From an uncultured delta proteobacterium (GTDB lineage: Bacteria; Desulfobacterota; Syntrophorhabdia; Syntrophorhabdales; WCHB1-27): DNA of 10,952 nucleotides. The stretch's first letter is position 1; every line of letters begins with the position of its first letter. Below the pieces are notes generated by a model, which was given only the letters and a program-made list of their open reading frames with translations, searched no databases and was not told the DNA's origin. The stretch is taken from the NCBI GenBank assembly GCA_963810935.1, contig CAWEPK010000013.1, positions 1 through 10,952 on the forward strand, in the 5' to 3' direction. The translations under genes were made by a program, and so were the position numbers. Of this stretch, positions 7,861-10,952 are shown in pieces.

Positions 7861-7876
7861 TGTAAGTCTCGATATG

Positions 7877-8401
7877 TCAATGATGTGCGGTAGTCGTCGT
7901 TGACGATCCCTTGCCGCCGCTGGCGGCGATAATGGCTGCGGCTGCGGCAGCGGCAATCCCTGCGCCTGCTGCTATCGTCCCTGCGCCTATACCGGCGGCC
8001 ACGTGTCCGCCGGCCACCAAACCGGCCGTGTGGGCCGCCTCGGAGGCGGACTTGGCAGCGGCGGCAGCTTTGGCGGCGGCCGCCTTATCGGCTTCAGTTC
8101 CGGTAAGGGCGGCCTTTTGGGCGGCGAAGTCGGCCGCTTTATTAGCCTCTGAGGCGGCAATCCTGGCCTGTTCGGCGGCTATTTTTTTCTCAGCGGCGGC
8201 GGCAACCGCATCGCCTTTCGCCTCTGCTGCGGCCGCGGCTTTTTCTGCGACTGCGGCCTTCTCCTCTGCTGCGGCTGCGGCTTTTTCCGCGGTAGCGGCT
8301 TGCCGGCCTAATTCCTCAGCCGTCTGTGCAAACACCTGGATGGGAGCCATAAGCCCGATACATAAAGCGAGGAAGCAACAAAGCAAAAATCTGCCACTCA
8401 T
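7877..8401 (-). CDS. Ala-rich exported protein with a C-terminal hydrophobic helix and Gly/Ser/Thr tail (YjbE/GfcA-like architecture)
   Basis: RBS GGTGAGGT. Signal peptide ending VFA|QT. AEKAAAAAEEKAA helical repeats. C-terminus AGIAAAAAAAIIAASGGKGSSTTTTAHH. Confidence 0.8.
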   Translation of the reverse strand: MSGRFLLCCFLALCIGLMAPIQVFAQTAEELGRQAATAEKAAAAAEEKAAVAEKAAAAAEAKGDAVAAAAEKKIAAEQARIAASEANKAADFAAQKAALTGTEADKAAAAKAAAAAKSASEAAHTAGLVAGGHVAAGIGAGTIAAGAGIAAAAAAAIIAASGGKGSSTTTTAHH

Positions 8402-8727
8402 AATAGAACCTCACCTGACATACGTATTATTGAAACCGAATACCTAAAAAATGTTATACATCTTTACAATAGTCAACCGTCGTTGTCAAGCCATTTTTCC
8501 ATTCCGGACAGTTTAATCGTCCACGCAGCCGGTTGCAACAATATACAGGGCCGTTTCAATGCATCTCCGGCTTTGCGTTGTGATTCAGCCGCTCTTTCTC
8601 TGCGCCACCAATCAAACCATACCCTTACGGACGAAAGGCGTCTTGACAGGCCGTTATCCGGTACACAGGTTGTTACAGATCGATGACGAGAAAGGACCGG
8701 CACGAATACTAACAACATCGAGGCTCC

Positions 8728-9435
8728 ATGCGCGCCTGGGCCTACCTTCTTTGCCTGTCGATTCTCATCTGTTCCGCCTGCTCCGGCGCTCCCGCCGTCA
8801 AGGCCCCTCCTTCGGCGCACGCCCCCTCGTCAGCACTATATCCGGTACGGGAAGTCAGGATCGTCGTCCTGGCCTCCGACGCAGACGACTTCGCGGCTGC
8901 GGAAAGCCTGGTACGCGAGGGCTCGGAAGCCTTGTCCGCCCAGGTGGGCATAAGCCTTAAAGTCGTCGGCTGGAGGCATATCCGCTGGCAATCGGACAAC
9001 AGGTCGGGCGTGCTGCGCGAGGTCCTGGAGCGGATGAGCCTCTATGAACAGCCCTATGACATGGCCGTCGCAGTCCATGGGTTCGGCGTCACCGGGTTCA
9101 TAGGATACATGATCTACGGCGGATGGGAGGCCGTGATCGACGACACGTACCGGCGGTACGTCGTCATAAGGAGGATGACCGTCCAGGTGCTGCTCCACGA
9201 GGTATGCCACGCCTTCCTGCTCTCCGAGAACCACACATTGGGCATCAGGCACCTGATGACGCCCATTACCTTCTATGTCATTCCCGGCATAATGCCCCTT
9301 AACCGCTCCACTCATCTCAACAAGAAAGATAGAGAAGAGATTATCAGGAATAAATGGAGGGACTTCTCCGGGACTTTGAACCTCCCCCGCTCGCACGTCT
9401 CCGACCCTCTCGACCCGGTCCGCCAGGTCCGATAG
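8728..9435 (+). CDS. Putative lipoprotein zinc metallopeptidase (zincin/metzincin-like)
   Basis: RBS GAGG. Lipobox-like LICSA-C followed by a Pro/Ala tether. VLLHEVCHAF (HExxH), a downstream His, and Met-turn-like HLMTP. Confidence 0.75.
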   Translation: MRAWAYLLCLSILICSACSGAPAVKAPPSAHAPSSALYPVREVRIVVLASDADDFAAAESLVREGSEALSAQVGISLKVVGWRHIRWQSDNRSGVLREVLERMSLYEQPYDMAVAVHGFGVTGFIGYMIYGGWEAVIDDTYRRYVVIRRMTVQVLLHEVCHAFLLSENHTLGIRHLMTPITFYVIPGIMPLNRSTHLNKKDREEIIRNKWRDFSGTLNLPRSHVSDPLDPVRQVR

Positions 9436-9503
9436 CCTTTTCCCTTCCCCAACCCGGCAAGGCGACCGTGATCGTCTAATTTATTAAAGTTTCTTTATTT
9501 TTC

Positions 9504-9521
9504 TGTTGCAATGAAGCAACA
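9504..9521. promoter_or_regulatory. Palindromic operator candidate TGTTGC-N6-GCAACA
   Basis: Perfect 6-bp arms in an AT-rich intergenic tract upstream of the polysaccharide-gene leader. Confidence 0.4.
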
Positions 9522-9612
9522 AATTGAAGTAACGTCTTCCGTACCGGACCAAAACAGTAAGCGGTTTGTAGTAATGCTTTATGGTTATGAATAGTACCAA
9601 GCCCAATCAGGC

Positions 9613-9624
9613 GGCGGTAGCTTG
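9613..9624 (+). promoter_or_regulatory. ops-like element (GGCGGTAGnnTG)
   Basis: GGCGGTAGCTTG matches the ops consensus exactly and lies on the sense strand about 225 nt upstream of a nucleotide-sugar dehydrogenase. Confidence 0.6.
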
Positions 9625-9850
9625 CCTTTTTGTCGTTAAGACACGATAATGACTAATTGCACAGCGCCTACTACGAGTTCGCGGCGTCTTTGACACTTTA
9701 CCTCATCGTCGGCGTTCGACGGCCTGTCCGCAACGACCACGTGCCAAGCCACAAGCGCTAGAGAAAATTACTCATACGCCAGATGAGTACCACGACCAGA
9801 TGAAGATCCGAACGAGCCAGACCAAGAATATTCCTTATGGAGGCCCTTAA

Positions 9851-10213
9851 TTGGACAACCTCGTATCGGTCAGCCCCGATGGTACTGTCTACTCTATGCC
9901 GGATGAAGCCGACCACCGTGCCGAGCCCGCCCGTATGGAAGTCCTCGTCAGTGAGGCAAGGGCCAAAGGCCAGGAGATCGTAGTAGTCATGGGTGTCGGC
10001 TTCGTGGGTGCGGTCATGGCCGCAATTATAGCAGACACCACGGATTCCGAAGGCTCCCCCGCCAAGCTTGCAATCGGCATGCAAAGGCCGAGCGCAAGGA
10101 GCTACTGGAGGATACCCCTGCTCAACCAGGGGGTCTCGCCCGTCAAAGCGGAAGACCCCGAAGTCGACCCGATGATAAGGCGCTGCGTACTGGGCAAGGA
10201 GACGCTCGTGGCG
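9851..10213 (+). pseudogene. UDP-glucose/GDP-mannose dehydrogenase family; N-terminal NAD-binding fragment of 121 codons, 3'-truncated
   Basis: RBS GGAGG and TTG start. Rossmann motif IVVVMGVGFVGAVMAAIIAD, QRPSARSYWRIPLLNQGVSPVKAEDPEV. Similarity ends at KETLVA, where intron sequence begins. Confidence 0.85.
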
Positions 10214-10516
10214 CCTGCGGTGCTTTACAGCGAAGCAATGGATCAAGAACTGCCATACCCGGTGCAAGAACCTAGTGACCATGGGCGTCCACGAAAAGGA
10301 CATCCAACTCTTTGCCGCATTACCAAAGGGACCATGGGCGATGTCCATATGAAATCGATGAGAGTGGCGACACCGAACTGCTTCTTGAAGGAGCACGTAC
10401 TCTTTAGCCTCCTTGCCCAACATCGGCTCATTGGCAAGCTTCATGAACCGTCGTTTACGGACCTGTATGTGCGGTGATGTGAGAGGCGAAGGTCGCGAGG
10501 CCTTCCCTATCCCGAT
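10212..10516 (+). mobile_element. 3' remnant of a group II intron (class IIC-like): maturase C-terminus plus ribozyme domains V and VI
   Basis: 10212-10349 reads RLRCFTAKQWIKNCHTRCKNLVTMGV...PKGPWAMS; after a frameshift it reads MRVATPNCFLKEHVLFSLL (IIC maturase C-terminal pattern). DV-like GAACCGTCGTTTACGGACCTGTATGTGCGGTGATGTGAGAGG starts at 10445. DVI hairpin GAAGGTC-GCGA-GGCCTTC at 10488-10505. 3' end CCTATCCCGAT at 10516. Confidence 0.9.
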
Positions 10517-10665
10517 TCAACAGCGCGGCAGAATTGGAAGACAAAATCAAATTTTACGTGCAACAAGAGGACGAGAAGGGAGAGATCGTTTCAGAAGACT
10601 ATCCTGGAGGAGTATAACGCATAAAATATCGTGGTTATAATGATGGATATAATAAAACGCGGGTG
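10517..10665 (+). pseudogene. C-terminal remnant of a GT-B glycosyltransferase (CgeB/Glyco_trans_1_2-like)
   Basis: Reads (F)NSAAELEDKIKFYVQQEDEKGEIVS, frameshift near 10590, then QKTILEEYNA*NIVVIMMDIIKRG with TAA at 10622-10624. Resembles the GT C-terminal pattern S.EEL.EKI.YY....EER..IA..G...V...H. Confidence 0.55.
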
Positions 10666-10952
10666 GCTCGAACCGTTTTCCGTTGATAGAAATCTACCGA
10701 TAACGGACTATCCTCACAAATGGCCTCTTGCTGATAAAGCGCCAATAAATGGTCCGACAGACTCCATAGTCGATTTCTTAGCCCATATTTTCTTGCAGGG
10801 AAGGGCGCACAATTAAAGTCCTCACCGTATTCGGAACACGTCCTGAAGCAATTAAGATGGCTCCCGTAATAGCCGAAGCCATGAGGTATCATGACTTTCT
10901 TCAGACTGTGGTGTGCGTGACCGCCCAGCATCGAGAGATGCTTGACCAAGTA

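Noticed and set aside
8040..8300. GCGGC-rich repeats as a possible tandem or CRISPR array
   Set aside because: The repeats are imperfect Ala codon runs inside a CDS, with no constant repeat-spacer period.
7911..8447. 178-aa Ala-rich plus-strand ORF
   Set aside because: It mirrors the minus-strand gene, which has the RBS, signal peptide and coherent architecture.
8697..8713. CCGGCACGAATACTAAC as a sigma54 promoter
   Set aside because: The -24 element is good but the -12 GC is missing.
9758..10444. 228-aa minus-strand ORF
   Set aside because: It is antisense to the dehydrogenase and intron fragments and has no motifs.
10635..10952. 104-aa minus-strand ORF at the window edge (contains VMIPHGFG)
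   Set aside because: The short motif faintly recalls molybdopterin-enzyme C-termini, but the surrounding sequence does not support it. Left unassigned.

Overview
GC-rich bacterial DNA; the gene content suggests an anaerobic Desulfobacterota/Syntrophorhabdus-like organism (inference). The intact core is a four-gene minus-strand operon (5805->548): an SsuA/NMT1-like substrate-binding protein, an ABC ATPase, a single ORF fusing an ABC permease to an MqnP/UbiA-type prenyltransferase, and a long UbiD-family (menaquinone-type) decarboxylase. This is the most interesting element. It looks like an import-prenylate-decarboxylate module for salvaging a quinone head group, with the transporter covalently joined to the prenyltransferase. 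The operon lies between a truncated tyrosine-integrase pseudogene (1-540) and a decayed IS110 element with a potentially structured non-coding 3' end (about 5850-6814). The right half holds a frameshifted PilZ/flagellar-brake gene, an Ala-rich YjbE/GfcA-like secreted protein, and a zincin lipoprotein. It ends in a collapsed polysaccharide locus: a leader with an exact ops motif, a nucleotide-sugar dehydrogenase 5' fragment fused to the 3' end of a group IIC intron, and a glycosyltransferase 3' remnant. All calls come from motif recognition by eye; no searches were run.
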